Source of the DNA: a plasmid
Sequence record: NZ_CP136123.1
DNA length: 47,304 nucleotides
Reading direction: 5' to 3' (one strand)
Shown here in pieces: positions 18,348 through 27,901 of this stretch. Made by a program: the position numbers and the translations under genes. The notes under the pieces were generated by a model. It did no database searches and was not told where the DNA came from. It was given only the letters and a program-made list of their open reading frames with translations. How positions within the stretch are numbered: the stretch's first letter is position 1; each line of letters opens with the position of its first letter.

Positions 18348-18992
18348 ATGAATCGTAAAACAATGCTGGTAAGTGTCATGATGATTCTTGCACTTGGTGC
18401 CGGTGTCTATGGCTGGACGTCAGCCGATACAGCCAACAAAAACATCAGTCAGCAGAAACAAGAACTCCGTACCATGGCATCTAAAAATGGATCATTAGAG
18501 ACGCAATTAGAGGCGCTCAAGCTTTCTAACCAGGCCGATCGTGCGTCAAACCAAGCTGACAACGCTAGTAAAAAGTCGACTACGACATCATCTCAATCAG
18601 ACAACCTAACAGACACAACACAGAAGATTACAGCAATGATGAACGGTCTGTTACAAGGCATGTACTCGCCTAAAACGGCCACCACAATGGGTCAGTATGA
18701 AGCCATGAAACCTTACCTAACGGGTGAGGCGATCCAGACTTTCATGCCTGATCGTGACACACCCATTAGCGCGAATGGGTTCCAAGAATCGACTATTAAC
18801 GACCTGCGCATTTTTGTCACGCCACAGGGTGATGACTACTTCTTAATGGCACGTTACGAACTTGGTAACAACAAGACGAACACAAATAAGAAAACCACGA
18901 TGGTTTTTCAAGGGACGGTCAGGAAGGTCAGCAACGACTACAAGTTAGCTGCCTTTGATTCTAACCGCGCACTATCGGGGGTGACACCGTGA
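18348..18992 (+). CDS. Bitopic membrane protein, possibly VirB8-like (TM, coiled coil, beta-rich C-domain)
   Basis: N-terminal TM LVSVMMILALGAGVYGW; coiled-coil QQKQELRTMASKNGSLETQLEALK; GGAGG RBS. Confidence 0.4.
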   Translation: MNRKTMLVSVMMILALGAGVYGWTSADTANKNISQQKQELRTMASKNGSLETQLEALKLSNQADRASNQADNASKKSTTTSSQSDNLTDTTQKITAMMNGLLQGMYSPKTATTMGQYEAMKPYLTGEAIQTFMPDRDTPISANGFQESTINDLRIFVTPQGDDYFLMARYELGNNKTNTNKKTTMVFQGTVRKVSNDYKLAAFDSNRALSGVTP

Positions 18993-19396
18993 AGCATCCG
19001 TTTAGACATTTCCTCATCAATGCTGTTATCGGTATTGTCATCGCTACGGCTTCTTTATCAGCGCTCTATGTTTACGCACCGAAAGCAATGATCAATGTGG
19101 CAACACCGATCACCATCAATGCACAAAAGAAGGATCAATATATTCTTTACTACAGTCCTACGTGTTCAGTTTGCCAGCAAGTTTATCGCACTTACTTCTG
19201 GCGTTCAGTGACCGGACAACTCAAGTTTGCCAGCGTTGCTAATGAGCAAAACAAGGAAGCGGCAGCAGCGTTAGGCATCACGAAGGTACCGACCCTAGTT
19301 CATTATAAAAAGGGCAAAGTGGTGACGCAGTACACCGGTCATCGCGAGCAGCAAATCGACAAAGTGCTGGCTGGTGGTAAGGCAGGTGAACATTAA
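18989..19396 (+). CDS. Membrane-anchored thioredoxin-like protein (CxxC)
   Basis: YYSPTCSVCQQ motif; N-terminal TM; such proteins occur in Gram-positive conjugation clusters. Confidence 0.6.
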   Translation: MKHPFRHFLINAVIGIVIATASLSALYVYAPKAMINVATPITINAQKKDQYILYYSPTCSVCQQVYRTYFWRSVTGQLKFASVANEQNKEAAAALGITKVPTLVHYKKGKVVTQYTGHREQQIDKVLAGGKAGEH

Positions 19397-19397
19397 A

Positions 19398-20207
19398 ATG
19401 ATGAATCAAGGTATTCACTTTCAAGACAAAAACAAGTACAGTCTTCGCTACGTCAAACTGCTTGGCATTCTCCTAGCAGCTTTTTCTTTGCTCATTTTTG
19501 CGATCGTTTTATGGCCTCGTCAAACCGACAACAAACAAATCAGTCTTGGCCAGACTTTCGATCAAGGCAACAACCAGTTTCAATTTGCCGGGGTCGATAC
19601 AGACAAACAAAACGCCGCCATGTACTTCTATGTAACCAAGAACACCATCGACCCGCTGGCACCTTTAACGACTGTCGTCGTGACCAAAAAGACACATAGC
19701 GGCAATGACTTTCATACCCAATTGAAACAGATCGCTGATGACTATTACGTGGTCAAGCTTAAGAAAAGTGCGATCAGCAATGGCCGCTTGTTTGTCAAAC
19801 TAGGTTCCAAAAAAGACTTGTCAGGGGTCACGAGTGCCATTGATTTTGTTCTCCTAGACCTGCGCCATCCTACCAAGGTGACGTCCCTAACAGAAGGCGT
19901 TTATCTTAAGAACTATCTCAAGATTTTACGTAGTAACACGACCGACCGAGTCGCTTCCTTAGAAAAAAAGCTTGTCCAATACAATCATGATCTGCAAATT
20001 TTGAAGACTAGTTTAGCCCGTCAAAAAGACACCGCCAACTTGCAAGTCGGCAAGCAAAAGCGAGCAACTGAACAACGCATGACGCAAACCGAGACGAATA
20101 TACAAGACAAGAAACAAGACATCAGCGACACGCAAAGTGCCATTAAGGTGGCCCAGAACAATCTTCAAAGTTACGAGAAGCGCTATCAACATTACGCTCA
20201 TCATTGA
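19398..20207 (+). CDS. Bitopic membrane protein with a C-terminal coiled coil; last gene of the tra operon
   Basis: TM LLGILLAAFSLLIFAIVLW; C-terminal heptad-rich segment; the alternative GTG start at 19374 overlaps the upstream gene. Confidence 0.45.
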   Translation: MMNQGIHFQDKNKYSLRYVKLLGILLAAFSLLIFAIVLWPRQTDNKQISLGQTFDQGNNQFQFAGVDTDKQNAAMYFYVTKNTIDPLAPLTTVVVTKKTHSGNDFHTQLKQIADDYYVVKLKKSAISNGRLFVKLGSKKDLSGVTSAIDFVLLDLRHPTKVTSLTEGVYLKNYLKILRSNTTDRVASLEKKLVQYNHDLQILKTSLARQKDTANLQVGKQKRATEQRMTQTETNIQDKKQDISDTQSAIKVAQNNLQSYEKRYQHYAHH

Positions 20208-20329
20208 GTGCACATGTTAGCTTGCAGTTGGTGCAACTCGTAGTGTGTACTTCGTGTTGTCGTCAAGTCACTAGTGAGTTGTGAACGTTGCAACACCAAA
20301 AAGTGCTCGTTTATGACCAAAAAGCGAAT

Positions 20330-20480
20330 ATTCTTGCTCAGGTGGAGTAAACCGTCATTTACTACACGTAAACGGCGCTATCCCATGTCACAACAAGCAT
20401 GATCCACGTGTAGTAAAACGTGTTTTACTACACGTTCGCATTTTTTTCACGTGGAGTAAATCCAGAATCACTACACGTTA
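20330..20480 (+). promoter_or_regulatory. Candidate oriT / relaxosome binding region: three copies of the inverted-repeat motif (C)ACGTGGAGTAAA...ACTACACGT
   Basis: Near-perfect palindrome ACGTGTAGTAAAAC-gt-GTTTTACTACACGT at ~20410; related copies at ~20340 and ~20450; CGTTCGCAT follows the central copy; lies between the tra operon and the accessory-protein/relaxase genes. Confidence 0.45.
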
Positions 20481-20801
20481 GCATTAAACTCTGACCCCGC
20501 CATAAATCAAACCGCACTGCGGTTTACCCCACTTTTGGGGTCAGTTTTACCTTATGCTCTTTCTTTATTTTAGGACCTGTCAGACCACCCTAAAAAAAAC
20601 GCTTGTCTCGATCGAGCCATTTTTGAGGCTGTTTGGTTCGCAACTCAAATTTTTTTGCTCGTTTGCCTAGTGAAAAACGTTCACGTTTTGACCAAAGTAG
20701 TCGCAACTGTTTACCAAAAATCGTCCGGTAACGTGATGCAATTTTGACGTTGAACGGATTTCCAGATGACAATTCATCATCACTATGAAGGAGGTTTTGA
20801 G

Positions 20802-20981
20802 ATGGATAAACAGAACGAAACGCGCCGAGTCATGGTTACCTTGAGTGATCACGCAATCGCAAAGTTGGATCAGTTGGTAGCTGAAAAGCAACGAGAACTA
20901 ACTAAAAATCCGGAGCTTGCTAAGTACAACCTCAGGCTCAATAAATCAAACATCTTGGAAGCATGGCTATCAAATCAGTGA
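20802..20981 (+). CDS. Small ribbon-helix-helix-like protein (59 aa); candidate relaxosome accessory or repressor
   Basis: GAAGGAGG RBS; RRVMVTLSDHAIAKLDQLVAEKQREL (strand-helix-helix); the long ORF from 20766 has no RBS. Confidence 0.45.
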   Translation: MDKQNETRRVMVTLSDHAIAKLDQLVAEKQRELTKNPELAKYNLRLNKSNILEAWLSNQ

Positions 20982-21022
20982 CGTTTTCGTTGCCGTCATA
21001 TCTTTAAAGGAGGAAAAAGAGA

Positions 21023-21268
21023 ATGGCAGAATTGAAAGTGAGAGATTTATCTGAGCAAGATTTGGCGGGTATTGAATCCGCTGCTAAACGTGCTCATCTG
21101 TCACGAGAAGCTTATCTTCGCGAACTCATTCATCATGACGCAACCGATCACTTACTCAGCGGTGATGTATCAGATTTGCGCGAGCTAACGAAGCAAATGG
21201 CAGTCATCATTGAACAAAACACGGCTGCTTTTCGAGACCTTAGTAAAGAGGTCGAACAGCTTCATTAA
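21023..21268 (+). CDS. Small ribbon-helix-helix-like protein (81 aa)
   Basis: AAAGGAGGAAAAAGAGA RBS; LKVRDLSEQDLAGIESAAKRAHLSREAYLRELI. Confidence 0.4.
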   Translation: MAELKVRDLSEQDLAGIESAAKRAHLSREAYLRELIHHDATDHLLSGDVSDLRELTKQMAVIIEQNTAAFRDLSKEVEQLH

Positions 21269-21297
21269 CTTCAATAACTTCGTTAGGAGGGATTACT

Positions 21298-21735
21298 TTG
21301 CGAACCAGGAAGACATTTTTTGTTGACTCAAGCGATGATGCGTTAGCCTCAGATGAAGAGCTAAAAACTTATATGGCGGCTCATCAAATTGAGACCCTTA
21401 GTGCAGCGATTAAGTCACTGTTGGATGATGAGCACCGGCTTAATAATCAACTTGACCAAGCTAACGAACGTGCCTCTAACGTCAGCGAGAGTGTTCAGAA
21501 CGCACTTGCACCGCTTGAGAAAAAGATTAACTTTATCGACCGTAACTTACTGGTCTTGTTGAAACTGTTTGACGGTGTTGTCGTTCAAAACGGCTGGGAC
21601 AATTTGCCCATTCCCGATGACACAATGAAGCCAACAACGGTTGCTCGTAGGATTGTCAGTGACCAGATTAAGACCGAGTACATTCGTCACCAAACGATTC
21701 AAGTACACCATCAAGGTAGTGGTGCTGATGCCTAG
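21298..21735 (+). CDS. Coiled-coil protein (145 aa), possible relaxase accessory factor
   Basis: TTG start with TTAGGAGGG RBS; helical/coiled-coil composition; stop overlaps the relaxase start. Confidence 0.4.
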   Translation: MRTRKTFFVDSSDDALASDEELKTYMAAHQIETLSAAIKSLLDDEHRLNNQLDQANERASNVSESVQNALAPLEKKINFIDRNLLVLLKLFDGVVVQNGWDNLPIPDDTMKPTTVARRIVSDQIKTEYIRHQTIQVHHQGSGADA

Positions 21736-22422
21736 TCGAGTATCACCGGGCATTGTCAATGTGACCGATTTTGTCGCAGCCCATGCCAAAAAGTTTGGCA
21801 GCTACATCAATTACATTGATCGAGACGAGGCAATTCGGATTGATCACTTTGACCAACAAAACATTCTGTCAGTTGACGGCTACAACCACTACATGGAGAA
21901 TCCGAAAAAGTCTTCCGGCATCTTCACTGATCAATACGATCATCTAACACCAACACAACGCGTTGAGTTAAAGAAACAATTCACCGTGGCACAAAAGCAT
22001 CAGTCAGTCATGTGGCAGTCCGTATTCAGTTTCCGAAATGACTTTCTAGCTGAAAACAATGTCTACAATCCGAAGACCAAACAGTTGGATGAAGCCAAGT
22101 TGCGGGACGCTACCCGGGTCGCCATGAACGACTTCACCGGCAAAATGGGTATGACACATTCCGCTATTTGGTCTGCTGCAATTCACCGCAACACAGACAA
22201 CATTCATATTCATGTTGCCATTGTGGAGCCACAACCTACCCGTGAATGGAAACGAGTTACCGTCGAAGGTAAGCACGGTGAGACCTATCAGGAATGGCAG
22301 CGCAAAGGTTATGTTCCTAAGAAAATATTGAACCATTTCAAAGCTGCCTTTGCTAACGAAATGGTTGATCGCGATCGTTCACTTGCACGGATTAGTGACC
22401 TCATTCGTCAACGACTACAACC
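21728..22422 (+). pseudogene. MOBQ-like conjugative relaxase, N-terminal ~230 aa only; 3' end replaced by an IS3-family element
   Basis: Histidine-triad motif HRNTDNIHIHVAIVEP; N-terminal VAAHAKKFGSYINYIDRDEA (tyrosine region); reading frame runs into the IS left end at 22423; full MOBQ relaxases are 400-700 aa. Confidence 0.6.
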
Positions 22423-23679
22423 GGGTCTGTACTAGAATTTCGGACAGAAACATAAGAGAATTGATTTATCCGAAAGGAGTCCTCAAAATGACCTATTCAC
22501 GCAATCGCTACGACCAAGATTTTAAGAAAAATGCGGTACGTTTGAGTTTTAACTCTTCCAAACCAGTTAAAATCATTGCCTCCGAACTTGGTGTTCCTGA
22601 AAGTGCCCTGTATCGTTGGCGGAAGCTATATACCGAAGATGGAAAGCAAACGCCGTTTGCTTCTTTAGAAGCTGAGAACCGTGCCTTAAAACGTGAAAAT
22701 GCCGAATTAGCATTGGAGCGTGATATGTTAAAAAAAGCCGCCGCCTACTTTGCCAGTCTCCAGAAGTAACCCCCAGCGATAAGTATGCTTTTATGTTGAG
22801 GGAAACCTCTGTTTCTGTGGTAAGGTGGGCGCGTTTGTTAGACGTATCAACGAGTGGTTATTATGCTTGGCGGAGAGCTTTGCCAAAGCGAAACGCCAAA
22901 GAAAGGCAATATCGTCAACGAATCAAACACTTTTTTGATCAAGGACAGGGCACTTACGGGCCCAAACGCATCTGCGGTTTATTGCGTAAAAATGGTAATA
23001 AAGCTTCCTATCACCGAGTTGCCCGTCTGATGGCTGATGCCGGTCTGTATTCAACGCTACGTTGTCGTCATCCGAAGAGTTTGACCGATAGCCGCCTTGC
23101 TCGTCAAGGTGATTATCCCAATCTAGTGAAACACCAATCTTTTAAGCCGTTTGAAGCCTTATCAAGTGACATTACACAGACGACAACATCAGAAGGAAAA
23201 GCTTACATTTGCCAAATAAGGGATTTGACCAGCAACCTAGTGTTAGCTCATCAAATATCCAATCATATGGACACGGATTTAGTCTTAGCGACACTTAAAC
23301 AAGCCCACCAAAGGTGGGCTTTGCCAGAAACGTGTATTTTTCATAGTGACCGTGGTAGCCAATACACGGCCAAAGCAGTGACAAAGTTGGTCAACCAATA
23401 TCATTGGCAACGTAGCTTCTCAGCATTGGGAAAACCGGGTGATAACGCTTGGAGCGAAAGCTTCTTTGCCATCATGAAGAAAGAGCTCATTTATCAGATA
23501 CAATTTAAAGATATCAATGATCTGAGAGCGCAAGTCTTCGCTTACATCGAGACCTTTTACAACCGCGTAAGGGTACAAGCACGCTTAGACTATCTTGCAC
23601 CAGTAGCATGGCTTTCCTTGTATGACCAAGCTTCACAAAAAGTCGCTTAGCAAACTGTCCGAAAAAGTGTTGACTTCCC
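22423..23679 (+). mobile_element. IS3-family insertion sequence, copy 1 (1257 bp; orfA 22488-22769 and orfB 22793-23650; A7G slippery site)
   Basis: Identical to copy 2 at 37536-38792; imperfect 25-bp terminal inverted repeats GGGTCTGTACTAGAATTTCGGACAG / CTGTCCGAAAAAGTGTTGACTTCCC; orfA with HTH, orfB with DDE integrase (HSDRGSQY); TTAAAAAAAG -1 frameshift site at ~22728; no flanking target duplication. Confidence 0.85.
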
Positions 23680-23804
23680 TGTCGATTAAGAAGAACACGC
23701 CATGCGGTTCATCATCAAAAAACATTTAGATCACTTCCGTTAGCTTTTACCTGTATTGTAGCATATAAAGCAAACGTGTGTTCCCTGAAAACTGGCAGAA
23801 AGTT

Positions 23805-23846
23805 GATTAAAAATAGTCGAAAGTCCATTATAGTCATGCTATAATG
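23805..23846 (+). promoter_or_regulatory. Candidate promoter with extended -10 (TGcTATAAT) for a ~125-nt convergent small RNA (putative RNA antitoxin)
   Basis: TATAAT at 23840-23845 preceded by TG; the transcript would end at the 23934-23976 terminator and overlap the 3' end of the antisense toxin ORF. Confidence 0.35.
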
Positions 23847-23933
23847 TAGACAGAAAAAGGAAGCCCCGCTAGAACAGGACTTCCCGTGCAAGCCGCTTCA
23901 AAGTCGGTGGCCTAGATTACAAAACTACATTGT

Positions 23934-23976
23934 CGCCCTGCAACCGACAAAAGTTACGCAGGGCGGCTTTTTTATT
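23934..23976 (+). terminator. Rho-independent terminator shared by the convergent small RNA and toxin gene (CGCCCTGC-loop-GCAGGGCG-GCTTTTTT)
   Basis: 8-bp GC stem plus T6; the toxin stop codon lies inside the T-tract region. Confidence 0.55.
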
Positions 23977-24061
23977 TGTGGTGCTTGTCGATATAGCTGA
24001 GTAGCGCGATTAAAAACGTGCCAAACAGCAACATCAACGAGAGTGTCTGGAAGACGCTCAT
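23972..24061 (-). CDS. 29-aa hydrophobic peptide, Fst/Ldr/Lpt-like type I toxin candidate
   Basis: MSVFQTLSLMLLFGTFLIALLSYIDKHHK: one TM helix plus a charged tail; AGGAAGG RBS upstream; below the ORF-track cutoff (overlaps the longer, implausible 23925-24110 ORF). Confidence 0.45.
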   Translation of the reverse strand: MSVFQTLSLMLLFGTFLIALLSYIDKHHK

Positions 24062-24527
24062 TGACTGTGAAACCTTCCTGAAGATTATTCCATGTTCCCA
24101 TGGGCCTCACCTCACAAGGGAAAAGACAGCCACCGCCCTTAAAACTTCTTGCTCAATCCATTATACAGGGAAATTAAAAATCAACCAAGAGCAATAAAAC
24201 CGCTCTTGACAGCAAAGGAAAGCTACAACACTAGCAAGGTCAGCAAGCAAGGCTAATAATACTGCTGCAATGGGAAATAACAAGCGTCCAGTAGGGCGGT
24301 CCAAGAGCGGGCGCAAACCCTACCAGACAGTACGATTATAAAAGTAAAGAAGGTCATAAAATCAGCTACTAGAGGGAAAACTGTGGAAAAAGACAAATAA
24401 GATGGTGAAATGATGACTATAAAGTCAAGTCAGATAAATAGGTAGTTGAGCATATAACTTGCTTTTGACGATTTACTTACTTATAATAAGTGCAGTAACA
24501 AATGACTAGTAAAAGGCGGGTAAAACA

Positions 24528-25877
24528 ATGGATAAATTTAAAAATATTATTATTGGATTTGGTAAGGCGGGTAAGACATTAGCTAAGTACTTGGCGCAGC
24601 ATGATGAGACCGTGCTTCTGATCGAACGGTCAAAACAAATGTATGGAGGAACTTGCATCAATGTTGGCTGCCTACCATCTAAAAATTTAATTTTTAATGG
24701 CCAACGTGGCGTGGACTTCACTACAGCAGTTAATAAGCGTGGTGAGATGACTAGACAGTTGCGAAACAAAAACTATCACATGGTGGCTGATGAGCCACTA
24801 GCAACGGTTTGGGATGGGTCAGCCCGTTTTATCGACAATTATGTTTTGGCAGTCGTAATGAGTGATGGAACAACTAAGAAGGTGAGAGGTGAACGCATCT
24901 TCATTAATACTGGAGCGGTTCCAAATTGGCCATCAATCCCAGGGTTAGAATTCGGTCAGCGGATTTTTACGTCTAAAGAAGCTATGGAATTGGAGAAACA
25001 ACCGAAACGACTAGCAATTATTGGTGGCGGTTATATTGGCCTTGAATTTGCTGGAATGTTTAATTCCTTTGGTACGCATGTAACGATTTTCGACCAACAT
25101 ACCAGATTGTTAGAGCGCGAAGATCCTGATATTGCGACCGAGGTCGTAGCAGATCTGACTGACGCAGGGATCGAGATTAAACCGGAGACTCAACTAACTC
25201 AAGTAAAAGATAATGGTGAGAAGGTTACATTATATTATCAACAAGGTGATCAAAGTAACACTGCGGAATTTGATGCGGTATTAGTTGCAGTCGGTCGGCG
25301 GCCTAATATAAATAGTTTAGGGCTAGAAAATACCGATATTGCTTTAACCAGTCGTGGTGCTATTCAGGTCGATGATCATTTAAGGACCACAGTACAAAAC
25401 ATTTGGGCTTTGGGCGACGTTAATGGCGGTCCTATGTTCACTTATGTCTCATTGGATGATTTTCGTATTATTGTAGATCAATTGTTTGATAAGGGGGATC
25501 GCTCAACGGCCGATCGAATGGTGATACCGACTGCTTCGTTCCTAAATCCACCACTGGCTAACGTCGGCTTAAATGAACGTCAAGCTAAGAGTGCAGGTTA
25601 TGATTTACAAACCTTCAAGCTATCAGTCAAGGCGATTCCAAAGGCCCGTGTCTTGGAGGATCAACGCGGGCTTTATAAGGTAACCGTTGATCAAAAAACA
25701 CACCTTATTTTAGGGGCAACATTGTATGCCGCTGAGGCTCATGAAACCATCAATCTAATTGCATTGGCAATGAAGGCCAAATTACCTTACGAAAGATTAC
25801 GCGACATGATCTATACTCATCCAACAATGTCTGAAGCCTTGAATGATCTTTTTAAGACCCCGGTTGTGAAAAGCTAA
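24528..25877 (+). CDS. Class I pyridine nucleotide-disulfide oxidoreductase, glutathione-reductase family
   Basis: FAD GxGxxG (GFGKAGK); redox-active GGTCINVGCLPSK; NAD site IIGGGYIGLEFA; C-terminal HPT dimerisation/active-site motif; 449 aa. Confidence 0.8.
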   Translation: MDKFKNIIIGFGKAGKTLAKYLAQHDETVLLIERSKQMYGGTCINVGCLPSKNLIFNGQRGVDFTTAVNKRGEMTRQLRNKNYHMVADEPLATVWDGSARFIDNYVLAVVMSDGTTKKVRGERIFINTGAVPNWPSIPGLEFGQRIFTSKEAMELEKQPKRLAIIGGGYIGLEFAGMFNSFGTHVTIFDQHTRLLEREDPDIATEVVADLTDAGIEIKPETQLTQVKDNGEKVTLYYQQGDQSNTAEFDAVLVAVGRRPNINSLGLENTDIALTSRGAIQVDDHLRTTVQNIWALGDVNGGPMFTYVSLDDFRIIVDQLFDKGDRSTADRMVIPTASFLNPPLANVGLNERQAKSAGYDLQTFKLSVKAIPKARVLEDQRGLYKVTVDQKTHLILGATLYAAEAHETINLIALAMKAKLPYERLRDMIYTHPTMSEALNDLFKTPVVKS

Positions 25878-26285
25878 CGCCCTAGAAACACAAAGCCGAC
25901 TAGTTAATCGAGGAAACAATCAAGAAATCACCGTTAAAATTATTACGCAATGTGATTAACAATGCCCTTAATCTAAAGGACCGGGTTTACCAGATCTTTG
26001 AGCATTGTGATCTACCTTTACACAATAACCACGATGAGCAACAGATCCACTCTACCACGCTGGTGCGAAAGAATAAGTCTGTTCACAAAACCAACGGCAG
26101 GCGCAAAGGCTAATACGATCTGGTTTGGTATTGTACAAATGGAAAAATTAAATAAACTGGACGTCTTTAAGTATTTTTAACCATTACTAACGGTTTACAC
26201 GCAACGTAACACGCCAGATATTGAGGCTTATTTACCGGGGGCTCCAGAAATTCAGGCCACGTGTCGTGTTTAATAGAGAAACCAA

Positions 26286-26332
26286 AGCGGGCGACTAACG
26301 CAGAAAACTGCGTTGGTCGCCCGCTATTTTTG
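26286..26332 (+). terminator. Rho-independent terminator (AGCGGGCGAC...GTCGCCCGCT + T5)
   Basis: About 12-bp GC-rich stem followed by ATTTTTG. Confidence 0.5.
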
Positions 26333-26399
26333 TTTGAACCCAGGGATCTGAGATACCATCAATGGTTAAGATTCAACCCGGTTCGTTGTGGAGTGCTTA

Positions 26400-27256
26400 G
26401 AACCTGTCTAGTATCTGCTGAATCTGGTAGAATTGTGGAAAACCGACTGAGGCGTTTGTCATGCCAGATTATCCAAGCAATATTTCTCGAGCGCAATTTG
26501 CGTTAATACAACCTGATTTAGAAAACTTCCGCAAGCATACAAGACCGCGTCGTTATGATCTTTATGACGTATTCAATGCCATCCTTTACTCGCTTACTAC
26601 AGGGTGTCAATGGCGTGAATTACCGCACGATTTCCCGGAATGGCACACTGTCTACCGCTATTACGATATGTGGCGAGATAAACCAGACCCGACAGCTGAT
26701 TCGCTATTAGAAAGGCTTTTAAAAAAACTGTTGCTTCCTATCGCTTTGCACAGGGCCGATCGGCCCGAACGTCGTTTGTGATTGTTGATGCTCAAAGTGT
26801 TAAAACCACTGATTTAACGAAAAATAGTGGCTAAGATGGCGGCAAAAAGATTTCAGGGATTAAGCGTCATATGGCGGTTGATATTAATGGTTTACCACAA
26901 GCCATTCTCGTGACACGAGCTAATGTATCAGATCGTTCAGGTGCATTGGCTATGTTTAGTTTGGCTAGCCAAAATTTAGAGCTGGTTCAGCATGTCATGG
27001 TTGATGGTGGCTACACTGGCAATGACTTTGCGGATCAGGTGAAGCTCATTTTGAATGCTAAGACGACGGTAGCTAAACGCAACGAGTTGCATACGTTCAC
27101 GGTGTTACCGCAACGATGGATCATTGAACGTTCATGGAGTTGGCTAGACAAATGTCGGCGACTTTGGAAAAACTGTGAACACGCCCTTAACAGCAGTCTT
27201 CAAATGGTTGTATTGGCCTTCTTGAACATAGTTCTTAAAAGATGCTAGACAGGTTC
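26400..27256 (+). mobile_element. IS5-family (IS427-group-like) element, copy A, 857 bp; two-ORF transposase (26461-26781 and 26871-27248) with a premature stop in the second part
   Basis: Terminal inverted repeats GAACCTGTCTAGTATCTGCTG / ...CTAGACAGGTTC; ~98% identical to copy B (35306-36162), but TAA replaces TAC (Tyr) at ~26834; no target duplication (flanks TAG vs TCA). Confidence 0.8.
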
Positions 27257-27257
27257 T

Positions 27258-27567
27258 CAACAAACGCCACAGCTTGACCAGTGGCATGATCAATGCCAAA
27301 GTTTCGCGCAGCACCGATGCCACGATGGTCATTAAAACCGGTCGCGTGAAAATTAGGGATACCTTTAACAAAATCAGCCACTGTCTGAGCGGTACCATCA
27401 GTAGAGGCATCGTCGATGAGCCAAAGTTCAAAATCAATTGTTTGTTGCTGGATACTTTTTAATGTCTCAGGCAGATAATGACCTAAATTGTAAGTTGGCA
27501 CAACGATGGTTAAATCTAAGTTCGACGTAATTGCCTCCTTGAAGCTCGTTTTGATCATTATCGTCAA
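27258..27567 (-). pseudogene. Family-2 glycosyltransferase, N-terminal ~100 aa; C-terminus removed by IS5-like copy A
   Basis: VVPTYN...IDDASTDGT GT2 signature; ORF reads straight into the IS right end. Confidence 0.65.
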
Positions 27568-27742
27568 ATTAACGGAGGCGTCAAATAAAGTGATTCGTTT
27601 GTAGAGACATGACTAGCACTGATCATTAAAGAACAAAAGGCAACACAGATAATTGTCCTAAAAAACTGACGATGGCTTGCTGGATGGACACTGTTGAAAA
27701 AGAAAAAAGAACAGCAAACTAAAGATGCTACAAAAAATAAAA

Positions 27743-27777
27743 TAAAACGTTTACATTCTGTTCAGATATGGTACAAT
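27743..27777 (+). promoter_or_regulatory. lac promoter region: cre-like TAAAACGTTTACA overlapping -35 TTACAT; extended -10 TGgTACAAT
   Basis: Near-palindromic match to the CcpA cre consensus (positions 27743-27755); -10 at 27772-27777. Confidence 0.4.
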
Positions 27778-27804
27778 TTGTTTGTTGATAGGAATATTCA
27801 ATGT

Positions 27805-27877
27805 GGATTGTGACTATTTAATTAGGCGAGACCACAAATCGCAGTGCTGATCGCAGCGCGTGATTTGTGGTTTTTTC
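27805..27877 (+). promoter_or_regulatory. RAT (ribonucleic antiterminator) sequence GGATTGTGACTATTTAATTAGGCGAGACC overlapping the terminator hairpin ACCACAAATC...GATTTGTGGT + T6
   Basis: Matches the BglG/LacT RAT consensus (GGATTGTTACTG...); terminator stem at 27831-27871; sits in the lacT leader. Confidence 0.6.
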
Positions 27878-27901
27878 TTTGCACTGGGAGGTGATGACAA
27901 C

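Noticed and set aside
20590-20891. Two minus-strand ORFs (60 and 74 aa) in the oriT region
   Set aside because: They have no RBS and lie across inverted repeats and a terminator-like hairpin, so they are likely non-coding.
25921-26118. Plus-strand frame IKKSPLKLLRNVINNALNLKDRVYQIFEHCDLPLHNNHDEQQIH..., possibly a transposase C-terminal remnant
   Set aside because: It has no start codon or RBS, and I could not match it confidently to an IS family; it is left as an unexplained remnant.
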